NCBI RefSeq assembly: GCF_009914755.1
Contig: NC_060926.1
DNA: 64,000 nt
DNA from: the human T2T-CHM13v2.0 reference genome, Homo sapiens
Reading direction: 5' to 3' (one strand)
Below the pieces are notes generated by a model. It did no database searches, was not told the DNA's origin, and worked only from the letters and a program-made list of their open reading frames with translations. The translations under genes and the position numbers were made by a program. Below, piece after piece: positions 22,414 through 36,345 of the stretch (its first letter is position 1; every line of letters begins with the position of its first letter).

Positions 22414-23574
22414 TCCAGAGATTCAGCTTGTAAGAATCACTTTGGATCCCAATTCTGGTTTGTAGTGTTTTAGCAGTGTTATGCATAAATTTGATAACCA
22501 TGCCTGCTGATTTCTTCTTTCTTGTCATGGGCAAGAAAATCTCTGTTAATTGTTCCTTTTTGTTTTTTGTTTACTTTGTAATTCAACTATTTTTCTCTAA
22601 AATTAAATATTAGAAGTTCTAGTCAAATTGAAGGTTTTGGGGTGAATTTCATTCTGTACAACTGAGGCTTTATGTATTAAGAAAACAGCATGATTTCAGG
22701 TGGTCAATGTGCTTCTATGGCCATAGCATCAGTTTCATTTACAATGATTCCTCTTGATCTCTCTTTCTCCTTCTCTTGATGAAAATTTCCATGCTAGGTT
22801 TCCATCTTTTCACTGTTTTACTCTGTCAGACATATGCCTGCATAAACATTACCCAGCCATGATAACCAAATTAATGAAATCCTTACCAGGGCTTTGGATC
22901 ATTGGTCATTTTTCTAGGACTAATAGATTTACTTGCAGTGTATATTGTCTGTGTATATTATCTGTGTAATACCAGGAAGACTTTCCATGGGCAGCCATTT
23001 AAAGTGAGTTAAGAATATTTAACATGATTTTTTTTTTTGAAAGAGAAAGTATTTTGGCAAAGTTGTTCCTGGAGGAGTCACATAGACAGTATCGAGGCTT
23101 CATATCTCCTTTATCTATGATCTCATGGGAAGTCTTGAAATTATAATAGAGCAAGTTCTGACTTTCACAAAATGCTGTTTCTGACCATAGTCATTTTGGC
23201 AGCATATACGTGAATGTTTCACAGTGGTATTTCAAGTCAGATTGGTGAGCGGCTAAGGGTGACTGACAAATTATCTCTAATTGCAGAGGAATTACTAAGG
23301 CACTGTTCATACAGTGCCATGTACTCTTTTGGACTGATTTGGAAGGGACAATGAAAAATGTGGCAGATGACAACTGAGGCCTGAAAATGGATGAAGGGGC
23401 TGGGTCTTAGCATTAGACTGGATTTTTTTTTCCCCAAAAATACTAATTCACAGGATTCCCTTGGATATCAAGTTTTCTCTCACTTCTTTACCTCCAAATG
23501 ATTTACAATCAAGGGATCAGTTTTATTGGTTGCAGCAGAGATCTCAGCCCTATCAAATCAACGTACCATTTTTC

Positions 23575-23860
23575 TTTTACTTTTAAAATTGACATATAAT
23601 GATTGTACATATTTATGGGTTACATAGTAATGTTTTGATGTATACAATGTATAGTGATCAGGTCAGGTAATTAGCATATCCATCATCTTGAACATGTATC
23701 ATTTATTTGTGTTGGGAATATTCAATATCCTCCTTCTAGCTATTTGAAACCATATATTATTGTTAATTAGAGTCATCCTGCAGTGGTATAAAACACCAGG
23801 ATTTTTCCCCCATATAGCTTTAATACAGCTTTAATTTTACATCCTTTCACAAATCATGCC
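23575..23860 (-). mobile_element. L1MA-type 3' end
   Basis: aattgacatataatgattgtacatatttatggg...attagcatatccatcatc...tccttctagctatttgaa. Confidence 0.82.
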
Positions 23861-24359
23861 ATTTTTAATAAGAAATATTGTGTAAAGTCCTCTTTACTTT
23901 CCTGAAATGCATATATGTGTGTATATGTGTATATGTATGTATAAATAACTACACATTAATTAAAAGAATAATTATAATGTCTTAGATGTCCTACAAAAAG
24001 AACAATAAAAGGAAAGTAATTTGGTGAACTTCTAATGTCTTTCAATACATAAATCCTCAGGCAAACTCAGGAATAGATCTTAGCATACAAAATGAATAGT
24101 CATTCCTATAGTCATTTCTATCCATGGAAATACTCTGCATGTAGCAAATGCAAACTAGTACAGGGATGTTGGTTTTGTTACAGACTCAAAGACCAAGAGT
24201 GATGTTTCTGTCTAAGTGAACAACTCTTGGCAGTTTAAAATATAATAGAATCCAGTCTCCCCTTTGTTTATGTAATGGTTGGATTCCAGGAAAAAACAAT
24301 CATGAATATTAACCTCTTGCAAACATATTACTGTTTATGAGCAAATGCTTAGAATTGAG

Positions 24360-25010
24360 TGTATCCACCCATAAGAATGGTTAAACAAAAACCCAAACCT
24401 AACAATACCAAGTGATAATATAGTACAATAGAATTCTCATACATTGCTGATGGGAGTGTAAATTGGTGGAGCAAGGTTGGCTAAAGCTGAATATTTGCCT
24501 GCTCCATGATCTAACAGCCCTACTCCCAAGCATGTACACTTAGCAGCAAGCAGCATACATGTTCACAGAAAATATGTGGAGAAATGTTCATAGCATTCCT
24601 AAATGAAGGCAAGTCATTGTGTCTATCACTATTAGAATAACAATTTGTGGTATATTTATGTAATATAGAATATGCTATAACAATGAAAATGGACCAACCA
24701 TACCACTACATGCAGTAACATGGGTGAATCTCACAGAAAAAATGTTAAACAAAAAATAATCACAATAGAATACATAATGAATGATGCCATTTGAACAATT
24801 TAAAAGAGGGAATCTAATCTGTTGTGAGAGAAATAAAAATAGTGGTTAACTCTAGGGGGAAGAAAGAACTTGGAATGTTTCTAGAGTGTTGGTCATGCTC
24901 TATGTAGTGGTCTGGGCGGTGGTTACACAGGTGGTTCCATTTGTAAAAATGTATTTGGTTATGTAATTAAAATATGTAAATTTTACTTTAAAAAACATTT
25001 ACAAAAACAA
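24360..25010 (+). mobile_element. Old L1M (ME/MD-like) 3' fragment
   Basis: ctcatacattgctgatgggagtgtaaattgg...catgggtgaatctcacag...ggtggttacacaggt. Confidence 0.72.
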
Positions 25011-26176
25011 AACAGAAGGTTCATCTCTGTACATGTCTAGTGGGACACTCTTTTGAGGTAGAAATATTACTTCGATTGCAAGACTTCTGTCACCTTGATT
25101 TCTGCATACTAAACACCTGTATTATTACAACTAAAATGTTGGCACAAAATGTCCAGCTGTGTCCTAGGAGGCAAACTATCCCTGCTGGACACTAGGTTTG
25201 AGACGTAGTCTAAAGAAAACTTCTCAAATTTATTATTTTCTCATCTTTAATATTTGATTTGCCTTTTAAATTTAAATAAATATATTTTTAAACAAATGTT
25301 ATTGTATGCAAGTCAAAAAATCAGTCTTATTTGGCACGAATAGATATAAATTTTAAAAACAAATGAAATGACACAACAATAAGCCAGTACTGTCACACAC
25401 ACAGCCTCCTAGTTAGCTTTTTTTTTTTTTCTGGAATAGTGTTAACCAATATTAGGATATTGATGGCAGAAAGATTCATCAAGCTGAGACTTTCTAATTG
25501 ACATAACCAAAAGGTTTGAAAAATAATTGCAAGAATTCTCACTACAGGACTTTTTAAAATATTACAATTTGTTATGTGGATGGTGAGCTGCTATACTTGT
25601 ATGTATCCTCAGCCATCCTGCCCTTTCTGGGATCTCTCATGACTATTAAACCATTAACCTTGGTGTCTCTCCCTAGGTAGATAGATTTATAATCCCCTAC
25701 CCTAGCTTTGCAGAAAATGATCTGATTATTTTCTAAAGAGTGAACCAACACACTGTTAATTTAGTAGTTATACCTGGTTGGCATGAGTGAGTATACGCTG
25801 GGGGATGAGTGCTGTAGACCCAAGTCTGCCTGCTAACGTGGCCACTGCAAAGAATGCTAGGAAAACTAATACAAAGAAATAAACAAGACTTCTCTAATTC
25901 TGTGTTGATTTCAGGTAAGAAATCACAATCAAGAACTTCCTCCATAGAGACAAAGGTTATAAATGACCATATAGAACACTGATTCACCTGCTCTCATTTT
26001 TTTTTTTTTTGGTGCTCCCAATTTCAGAGATGTATCTCAACATAGTGACATGATTCAATATGATTTAATCCTGTATATGGATACCATAAAAATAATCACA
26101 TGAATTATCAGAATCAGGTGTAATACTTCTGTAACATGTTGGAAAGTATGACTCTAGAAAAAATGGTCTAAGTTCC

Positions 26177-26585
26177 TGTTATGGTTTAGATCTGTGTGCC
26201 CATCCAAATCACATGTCAAATTGTATTCCCCATTGTTGGAGGTGGGTCCTGATGGGAGGTGATTGGATCGTGGGGGTGAATTTCCCCCTTGGTGCTGCTA
26301 TATTGATAGTGAGAGAGTTCTTGTGAGATTTTTCTGTTTAAAAGAGTGTAGCATCTCCCCTTCTCTCTCCTGCTCCTACTTTGGCCATGTAAGACATACT
26401 GGCTTGTCTTTCACCTTCTGCCATGATTATAAGTTTCCTGAGGCCTCCCGAGAAGATGAGCAGAAGCTGTTATGTTTCCACTTCCTGTGCAGCCTGCAGA
26501 ACCATGAGCCAATTGAACTTCTTTACTTTATAAATTACCGAATTTCAGATATTTCTTTGTAGCAGTGTGAGAACAGACTAATACA
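26177..26585 (+). mobile_element. MSTA/B solo LTR (MaLR)
   Basis: tgttatggtttagatctgtgt...ccatgattataagtttcctgaggcctcc...gaacagactaataca; 5-bp TSD gttcc/gctcc. Confidence 0.9.
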
Positions 26586-27149
26586 GCTCCAAAACATATG
26601 GGAGAAATTACTTCAGTATTAGGTTAAACTACATACAGTTGGAGTTTCTGAAGATCAAAAATATTCAACTGTTGGCAATTTCATATTTTTCAAAATAATA
26701 GCAGCAATGGTCACGAATTTATTTATATACAACCATAATGCAGTGTGGTCCTGCTGATGGAAGGAAAATCAGACTATGTGTCATGATCCAGGAACAAGCT
26801 CTACCGTTAAAACAGTGTAATATTGGGCAAATTAGTTCTCCTTGGGTACAGTTTACTCTTGCATGTGGAGAAAACATTAACTCGATTTATGTTTCCCAAA
26901 TGTGCACTATCAGCCCCTGTGAGGCTGTGGCATTAATTAAATAGGTTATTGAATTTGTGTGCTCATCAAATATTTTCTGTAGAAATAAATTATATCTTGC
27001 ACATGTATATTTGATTCCATGATGATAAATGAGTATAAATCAATGCATTCAATTTATAGTAGAATTTTATAATATCATTATCTATTTTATAATTTATAAG
27101 TTTTAAAAGTATAACTATGAAATTTAAAGAATAGTCTCACTTTGTTGGG

Positions 27150-27194
27150 GGTCTGTTTTCAGCGTTAAAAGATGTTTAACGCTGAAAACAGACC
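27150..27194. repeat. Perfect 20-bp inverted repeat with 5-nt loop
   Basis: ggtctgttttcagcgttaaa-agatg-tttaacgctgaaaacagacc. Confidence 0.97.
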
Positions 27195-28381
27195 AAATGC
27201 ATGCCGGGCTTAAAAACACGAAAACATTAAAAACTTAAAAACATGAAAAACATGAAGATGTTTTTCCCATCTTCATCTGATAAAAAATAATATTAAAAAA
27301 TACTTTGAGCAACAAGGGCCAATTGGAACTCAGAAGAGGGAAAGAACAAATCAAGGTTGAAGCCAGAAGTCTCTCTGTTTATTGATATGATGCCTGGTAA
27401 ATACTTTCATTTGGACAAAATGGATCATGGAAAATAGACTAGGGTTATACTCTCATAGAAGTTGGATAAGCTCAAGGTGACTGAGATTAAGTCTAGAGAG
27501 ACAGAACAAGGCCAATCTGGAAGATAAACATAGGTGTGGCTTTTTGAATTTAGGATTGAATAGAGTCAAATGAAAAAGAAGTCAGTTCATGCTTTGAGAA
27601 TGTTATATGGCCAAAAGAATCCCCAGTTTTGATTCAATATGTTTGTGAATATTTAAAACTTAATATGATCTTTGGAGCTTCAGTATTCTACAAAGTACAT
27701 AGCAGACTGAGAAGGTTTTTCAGCCTTTTATTAAGACTCTAGTGTTGTCTTCATTTGGAATCAAGGATAATAAAAAATTAAGGGATTACCAGAGAGAAGA
27801 GCCAAGAATTCCCACTGGGGCCTTCTAATTCCCAAACCCTAGAATAGTGGGTTTTTGCAACATGATTTCAGAATTGTTTTAGACAAGTGACGGTGGGTGC
27901 CTCCAATTCTTTCTGTATAGGGTTGTTTATTGCAATTCTTCTATCCCTCTTCTACCTTGTCTGTTGGTTGTATGAGGAGCATACAACTTGTCTCTTTAGT
28001 TCAGAGATTTCCAAGAGAAGAGAAACCACATCTTCAGTCCAGATAGGACTGAAGGTACAGGAAGTCACAGGATTTGAGTCTTATACTGCAATTATATGAG
28101 ACTTTGTCTTTTTTTTCCAGGGAAAATGAATGAATATATTTTAGGGACATAAGGGAAGAAAATGTATATTTATGATGCAGAAAATGATCTTTGGCAGATT
28201 GTATATTTCTTTCAATTATCTGCTGCTCTCCTGCGAGATTATTATCTTTTCTTCTCCTTTAGAGTCAGGCTTAGTCATGTGACTTGCTATGAGTGTTATC
28301 CTGTGAGTGTGCCATTTTTTTCTCTGCTACCACAAGAATAGCATAGCTCAGATAGAAGCTGTTGCTTAAGCCTGTCTATCA

Positions 28382-28669
28382 TTTATCCAGCCTATCATTG
28401 ACGGGCATTTGGGTTGGTTCCAAGTCTTTGCTATCATAAATAGTGCTGCAATAAACATAGGGAATATCATACACTGGGGCCTTTTGGGGGGTGGAGGTCA
28501 AGGAGAGGGAGAGCATTAGAACAAATACCTAATGCATGCAGGGCTTAAAACATAGATGATGGGTTGGTAGGTGCAGCAAACCACCATGGCACATGTATAC
28601 CTCTGTAACAAACCTGCATGTTCTGCACATGTATCCCAGAACTTAAAGTAAAATAAAAAAGAAAAAAAA
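28382..28669 (+). mobile_element. Short L1PA8-like insertion with 5' inversion (antisense 28382-28459, sense 28460-28669)
   Basis: Antisense L1 (gggttggttccaagtctttgct) is joined to a sense 3' end (aatgcatgcagggcttaaaa...cccagaacttaaagtaaaataaaaa). Confidence 0.88.
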
Positions 28670-31329
28670 CTCATTGGCAGGACACACATTAACATTATAA
28701 TATTAAGATATTTGCATAGTCCATTAAGCTATACTTAGGACTCATCTACACAAGCAAGTCAAATAGAAAATGGAAGCAATTGCCTAACTAACTTCTGATA
28801 TCCCTTGCTTTAGTTATCTAGATATTTAAAGGGAAAAAATTCTTAAATTATTCATTTTTACTTTCTTGGATTTCAAGCTTACTTAGGTATGGACTTAATT
28901 TCAAAGTTTCCTAATTTCCACAAAAGACAATTTGAAGTAAGATAACTCTTGGAGTGGAACATCATATAAAAATGGCCTCTTTCTTTTCTCACCTGAGAAC
29001 AGTATTCCAGTGAAATCCTGACTAACTAGAAATCCTTGCACAGGGTTCAAAGCCACAAATACATCATTTCATGAAATAGTCTTAAGTTATCACACATCAC
29101 TGCCAACTTCTGAAATAATACAGCAGGACCATGTTGTAGTGTCTGACTTGGAGATATCATTTAATCGCTTTTATCTCCCATATGAATTGTCTTGTTTGGT
29201 GGAACTACCATAACCACTCTTTTCTCTATGAGTTAATGAGCCTGATGTACCAGGTTTTTTTGTTTGGTGGTAACTGTAATTTGAGCATACTCAAACTCAA
29301 CTGCCCTTTATTAAGGCAGAAGGTCTCTGCTCCACAGCTGAATCTGAAAGCTGTTTGGGATGATATTCTGTCCTTATAATAACTTCTGGTATACAGAAAT
29401 TGCCACTTGGCCCGTAAAATGTTTATTGGAGGAAAAATGTAGACACACGTATCAGTTTTTTTTCCCATCATTCCTATTCGATTATTTTAACTTAATTGTC
29501 CCACCCCCTAAAAGGTAATTTTCTTTCTGTTTGCTTCTTCACATTTTAAAATAAAGTTGTAGCAAAATATGTTCAAGAATCCCTGGCTGTCCAGAGAACA
29601 AAGTTTTTATGACTTATTTTCTGAATGAGAAAATAAGAGAAAGAAAATAAAAGAAAGAAGGAAAGCATATTGTGTCTCAAAAACAGAACAAATTTTCCCT
29701 AGTGTTTGAGTATAATTTTTTTTATTATAGTTGTGATTCAAATGGTGATGGTGAAAACAGGGTCACTGAGCTTCAAGAAAGCCAAGTTCTGCTTTGAGTT
29801 TCTCAACTAGCTAAGGGCATAACCTGGGGCAAATCTTTTCATCTTTTAATTTCTTTATGTACAGATTAAAACCTCTAGACCAGTACTGGTTATCCCTGTT
29901 TTTAGGTGCAGCATTAGTTATCTCTGTTTTCTGTTTCAGGTCACCTAGGTTTCAAAAGAAATCACTTCAGGAAGAGGTATCATTCAGTGTAAACAAGGGG
30001 CTTATCCAGTGTATGTACCAAGAGACAGACTGTCTTCATGAGTATCAGAGGTGTTTCTGTCAAAACTGCCAAAAAATTTAGAATATAAAGAAAATCTAAC
30101 TATTTTCTAAGTATAAGGCAGTGTTGAATGTTCCAAATGCTGCTGGGAGTACATTGTTACTTTAATTTTTTTTTTTAAGAGCTCAGCAACCCTTGTTGGA
30201 AACCTCTTAAATAACCTTTTCCTGGCTCCATTTTAATTTTGTTTTTCTCAGCCCTAGAATTGTCAGCCACCAAGCATGAAATGTAAGGGTTCTTTTTTTG
30301 TAAAACATTTTAAAGGAAATATACCCATTCTGAACATTTCTGGAGAAAATGACCTCTTACCTACAGAATTACCAAGGCATTTGTGGTAAAGATGTATTCT
30401 TTTCTCCTGGAGCCAATTTGGTATATTTTGATTTATGCCTTTGACATGTTTTAAAGGTTAGGAAAATGTTCAATGTGTTTCTGCTTCTAAAGTTAAAGTA
30501 GTCACTTCCTCAGATATGGCTGCTTAATGTTCAATCCTCTTAAAAAATAATTTGAAGGCTGGTGTTGGTGAAGGAACAAGTGCAGTTTTTGCATTAAGTG
30601 TATTAAGCAGAGCTGCTGCTGACACAAATAAAATATTGTTTGGGGAGGCTGAGGCAGCTTTAGGGAAAGAAGTAAGGCGAGGGTGGGAAGTGCTTGAAAA
30701 GTCAAGTCCTTTCTCTTTTTCCCTTCTCCCTGTTGGGCTGAGGATCTTGTTTGACATTCAGAAGATGGGTAAAATAAGGATGCACTCTGTAAGCCACAGC
30801 TTTATCAGGAATTTTCATTATTCACTTGTGCAAATCAGGAAGAACCAAGCAGGAAGAACCAAGGAGCCTAAGTGAGAGCTGTGCTCTTGGATTTTTAACT
30901 TCCTTACATTATGAAAATCAATGATGAGTTTAATTGAGCTAACATCCAAACTGTACCTTGAGTTTGACTGGCATTGAGTCCAGTTATGAAGATGTGGTGA
31001 CACAGAAGAGAAGAGCACTAGACCGTGCTCTGTCCCTTTGGGCTAATCCACACTAGGCAAGCTAAGCCACTTTAGTTTTTTCTCTCTCTCTGGCTCTCAT
31101 TTTCCCACTCTGAAAATGAAGGTTTTGGACTAGTTGTTTTTTAGGGTGCCTTTTGTGCCACTTCTCAGTTTGTTTTTGTTTCTTTACTCAGCATATTCTT
31201 CTTGTTTTCTTGACCTCTAGAAATTTCCTGACATCCTGCCCTCTCATGTTGGAAGAACCATCTAGTGAATGGTTACTTATCGCTACTTTCTTAAGGTACT
31301 TATTTTTTTGTCATTGTTGTGTATTCTAT

Positions 31330-32650
31330 TTTTAATTTCACTTTTAAAACCATAAAATTTTGTAATTATCAATTTATGTCAACATTAAGCTAGATTTACC
31401 TACATTTTTATCATGTCTTTGCTCTTTATTTCTTCTTATATTTCAAGCTGTCCATCTGTAATTATTTTTCTTCTGCCTGACATCTATGCCTGTAAACAAT
31501 TTTCTTTAGCTAGGCTCCACTACAAGTTTTAGCTTGCTTGAATATGTTTCTAGTTTGTCTCACTTTTCAAAATCATTTTTGGATATAATAATCTTGATTA
31601 GTAGTTTTCTTTTAGGACACTTGAAGAGATTCCACTGTCCACTGTCTTCCATTGTTGTTCTAAATGTGTCATCTGTCACTTATAAATGCTGCTTCTTTGA
31701 AGTAATACCACTTCTCTCTAGCTGCTTTCTCTTTGTCTCTCTCCCTCCCCTTCTCTCCTTCTTAATCTGCATTTTCATGACAATGTGTTCAGATGTGGGT
31801 TTCTTTTTATTTATTTATACTTATCGGGTTTCACCAGATTTGTTACATTTGTGGATAGCTATTTTTCATCACTCATAAACTACCTGAGCTCTCAGCTCTT
31901 CAATCATTTTTTCTGCTCTAGTTTCACCTCTTTACTTCTATAAATATGATTATTTGTCTGACAGCAACTTTTCATTCAATTCTTCATTCTTCATGCCTCT
32001 TAATCTCTTTTGTCGTATTTTCCATCTCATTGTCTCTCTGTGCTCCATCCTGGGTAATTAATCCTGATCTGCATTTCAGTTGTTCAGTTAACTTCATAAT
32101 TGGGTTAAACTACCATGACTTAATTAATGTGAACTGTGCTATAAATATTTATGCATTGGTTTATGGTTACATCTTTCAGAATTTTATTTTTTATTTAGGT
32201 CTGTTCAGTGCCGTCTCTCCTGAAGGGGAATAAATGGTTGAGGAGAATTTACTTTTGCATCAGACTTTTGTGGAACACTTTGGGATTCCAGCTTTATGGG
32301 TGTTGAAATTGTTCTACTAGGCAAAATTGTTTTAGCAGAGCTAGGGCTTTGTTCCTCATGACAAAAACTAAGGTTCATATTTACCATGTTGGGCAAAATC
32401 CTGCAGGGCAAAGCAGTTTTGTGTTTCCATTTACCTTTCTTTGTTCTTACTTTTCTTAAATTTTAGTCATTTTTAGATATTGTCTGGTCTCAACACCTTA
32501 AAGAATGTGTGTGTGTCTGTGTGTGTGTGTGTCTGTGTGTACATCTTTATAATACTATCTTATGGTTTTATATTGTATCTTTCACTTCTAGTTGTTTTTG
32601 GTAGAGGATGAAAAAAGATATCTAGCCCACCATATTTCTTTCCAAAATAA
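31330..32650 (-). mobile_element. Highly diverged old L1M/HAL1-like fragments
   Basis: T-rich antisense L1-like sequence (acacttgaagagattccactgtc...ttccattgtt; ttcagatgtgggtttcttttt). Confidence 0.5.
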
Positions 32651-33155
32651 TTTGTCTCTCATTTGTTGTTTGTGACTGGTCTCTACTGAAAGTCCTCCTG
32701 ACTCACTAGCCTGGCTTTCTTCATTTCCACTTCAGGCTCTACTTTCTATTTCTGGCTACAAGGCTCAGTCCTCACCCTACCTCTTCATCTGCCTCTGCTT
32801 CCCAGGGAATTGTATCTAATCCCAAGGTCTTACATATCATTCATATGCTAATAAATTCCAATTTTATATTTACAGTCTAGACTCTCGCTGATTCTCAATT
32901 ATATTTTTAATCATTTATTAAACAGTTTCATTTGGGCATTTATTTGTTTTCTCAAATTCAGAATGTTTAAAATGAAACTCTGTTTTATTCATTCCAATTT
33001 TATTTTTTCATCTTAATTCCCCATTTCTGAAAATGCTGCCACCATTTTCTAGACTTGATTAGCCCTAAGACCTATAAGTGAGCCTTGATTTTTCCTCTTA
33101 TTGATAACACGTCTAGATCCATCTGGAAATGCTCTTGTTCCACTTCTCAGATAGA

Positions 33156-33388
33156 CAGGTGCTCCTCAACATACAAGGGATTATATCCTGATAAAACCAC
33201 TGTAAGTTGAAAACATCAATGTCAAAACACATATACTACCTCAATAAAACCATATTATAGTTGAAAAATTATAAGTCAAACCATTGTAAATTCAGATGCT
33301 AAACTTACTATGAGGCTACTTCCTGATAAAACCATTGTAAAATCAAAAAATTGTAAGTCAAACCATCATGAGTCACGGATCCCCTGTA
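33156..33388. mobile_element. MER47/Tigger5-family MITE within L2 fragments
   Basis: caggtgctcctcaacatac...cctgataaaaccactgtaagttgaaaa...gtcaaaccatcatgagtcacggatcccctgta. Confidence 0.7.
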
Positions 33389-33634
33389 TCTGTAATCTGA
33401 TCATTTTTTACCATACCCACTCCTAACATCTTCATCCAAATCATTGTGATTTCCAGTGTGATCCAGTGTGAATTCTGCAATAGTCTCCCACCTCTGTCTT
33501 TGTTATCTCACTTCCTTACCCACCAATATAAATAAATAACATAATCAGATATAATATAATAATATATTATAAATGATATAAATCAGATTGTTTCTGTCCC
33601 GCATTTATAACCTCAGATGGCTTACCATATCATT

Positions 33635-36345
33635 AATATATATATTTATATGTATATATATTTTTATATATATAAATTTTATATATAAATATATATCTTA
33701 TATATATTTATATATAATACATATATATTTTATATATATAAAATATATATACATATTTATATATAAAATACATATGTATTATATACATTTATATATAATA
33801 CATATGTATTATATACAATTATATAATACATATTTATAAATATATATATTTATATATATTTATATATAAATAAACATATATTTATAGATTTATTTATATA
33901 AATATATATTTATATAAATATATATTTATATATATTTATATAAATATATATTTATATATATTTATATAAATATATATTTATATATATTTCTATATATATA
34001 TAAATATATGTATAAATATATATATTTATACATATATTCATATAAATATATATATTTATACATGTATTTATATGAATATATATTTATACATGTAATTATA
34101 TGAATATATATTTATACATGTATTTATATGAATATACACATTTATGCATGCATTCATATGAATATACACATTTATGCATGCATTCATATGAATATATACA
34201 TTTATGCATGCATTCATATGAATATATACATTTATGCATGCATTCATATGAATATATACATTTATGCATGCATTCATATGAATATATACATTTCTGCATG
34301 CATTCATATGAATATATACATTTCTGCATGCATTCATATGAATATATACATTTCTGCATGCATTCATATGAATATATACATTTCTGCATGCATTCATATG
34401 AATATATACATTTCTGCATGCATTCATATGAATATATACATTTCTGCATGCATTCATATGAATATATACATTTCTGCGTGCATTCATATGAATATATACA
34501 TTTCTGCGTGCATTCATATGAATATATACATTTCTGCATGCATTCATATGAATATATACATTTCTGCATGCATTCATATGAATATATACATTTCTGCATG
34601 CATTCATATGAATATATACATTTCTGCATGCATTCATATGAATATATACATTTCTGCATGCATTCATATGAATATATACATTTCTACATGCATTTATATG
34701 AATATATACATTTATACATGCATTTATATGAATATATACATTTATACATGCATTTATATGAATATATACATTTATACATGTATTTATATGAATATATTTA
34801 TTTATATATGTATTTATATAAATTTATATATTTATATAAATACATACATTTATATATGTATTTATATAAATACATACATTTATATATGTATTCATATAAA
34901 TACATACATTTATATATGTATTTATATATGTATTTATATAAATACATATATAAATATATGTATTTATATAAATACATATATAAATATATGTATTTATATA
35001 TGTATTTATATAAATATATGTATTTATATTTATATAAATACATATATTTATATATGTATTTATATAAATACATATATTTATATATGTATTTATATGTGTA
35101 TTTATATAAATATATGTATTTATATAAATACATATATTTATATAAATATATGTATTTATATAAATATATATATTTATATATGTATTTATATAAATATATA
35201 TTTATATATGTATTTATGTGAATATATATATTTATATATGTATTTATGTGAATATATATATTTTTATATGTATTTATATAAATATATTTTTATATGTATT
35301 TATATAAATATATATATTTTTATATGTATTTATATAAATATATATATTTTTATATGTATTTATATAAATATATATATTTATATACATATATATTCATATA
35401 TGTATATAAATATATTTATCTATGTATTTATATAAATATACATATTTATATAAATATATATATTTATCTATTTATGTAAATATACATATTTATATGAATA
35501 TATATATTTATATATTTATTCATATAAATATGTATATTTATATAAATTTATATATTTATAAATTTATATATTTATATAAATATATATATTTATAAATTTA
35601 TATATTTATATAAATATATTTAGTTATATATATTTATATAAATATATTTTTATAAATATTTATCTTTTTATTTATATAAATATATTTATTTTTCTAAATA
35701 TATATTTACATTAATCTATTTGTTGATATAAATATATTTAAATATATTTATTGATATAAATATATTTATATAACTAAATATAAATATATTTAGTTATATA
35801 AAGATATATATATTTATATAAATATATATATAAAGAGATATATTTATATATTTATTTATATAAATATATTTCTTTATATAAAGATATATGTAAATATATT
35901 TATTTATATAAATATATTTATATATGTAAATATATATTTATATATTTATATATTTATTTATATAAATTTATATATTTATATATTTATTTATATAAATTTA
36001 TATATTTATATATTTATTTATATATATAAAAATATATAAATATAAATATATATAAATATATATAATTATAAATATAGAAATAAATATAAATATAAATATA
36101 TAAATATATATAAATATAAATATATATAAATATAAATATATATAAATATAAATATATAAATATAAATATATATAAATATAAATATATAAATATAAATATA
36201 TAAATGTAGAAATATATAAATATAAATATATATAAATATGTATAAATATATAAATATATAAATATATAAAAATATATATATAAATACATATATAAATATA
36301 TAAATAAATATATATAAATACGTATATAAAAAAATATATATTTTT
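33635..36345. repeat. ~2.7-kb AT-rich low-complexity/(TA)n-derived tract
   Basis: Almost entirely A/T, with variable tatatttata and tataaatata units. Confidence 0.98.
34111..34800. repeat. 30-bp minisatellite, 23 in-phase units (consensus tttctgcatgcattcatatgaatatataca)
   Basis: Two units per 60-nt line in exact phase; 18 core units at 34141-34680. Confidence 0.98.

Noticed and set aside
26255-26272. DUX4-like site in the MSTA LTR (tgattggatcg)
   Set aside because: It has two mismatches to TGATTRRRTTA, too degenerate to claim.
30500-30875. 107-aa ORF or possible enhancer in non-repetitive sequence
   Set aside because: The ORF has a non-ATG start, no recognisable domain and no splice structure. 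Conservation cannot be assessed from the sequence alone.
34111-34800. CRISPR-like regular ~30-bp repeats
   Set aside because: There are no unique spacers and no cas genes. It is a head-to-tail primate minisatellite.
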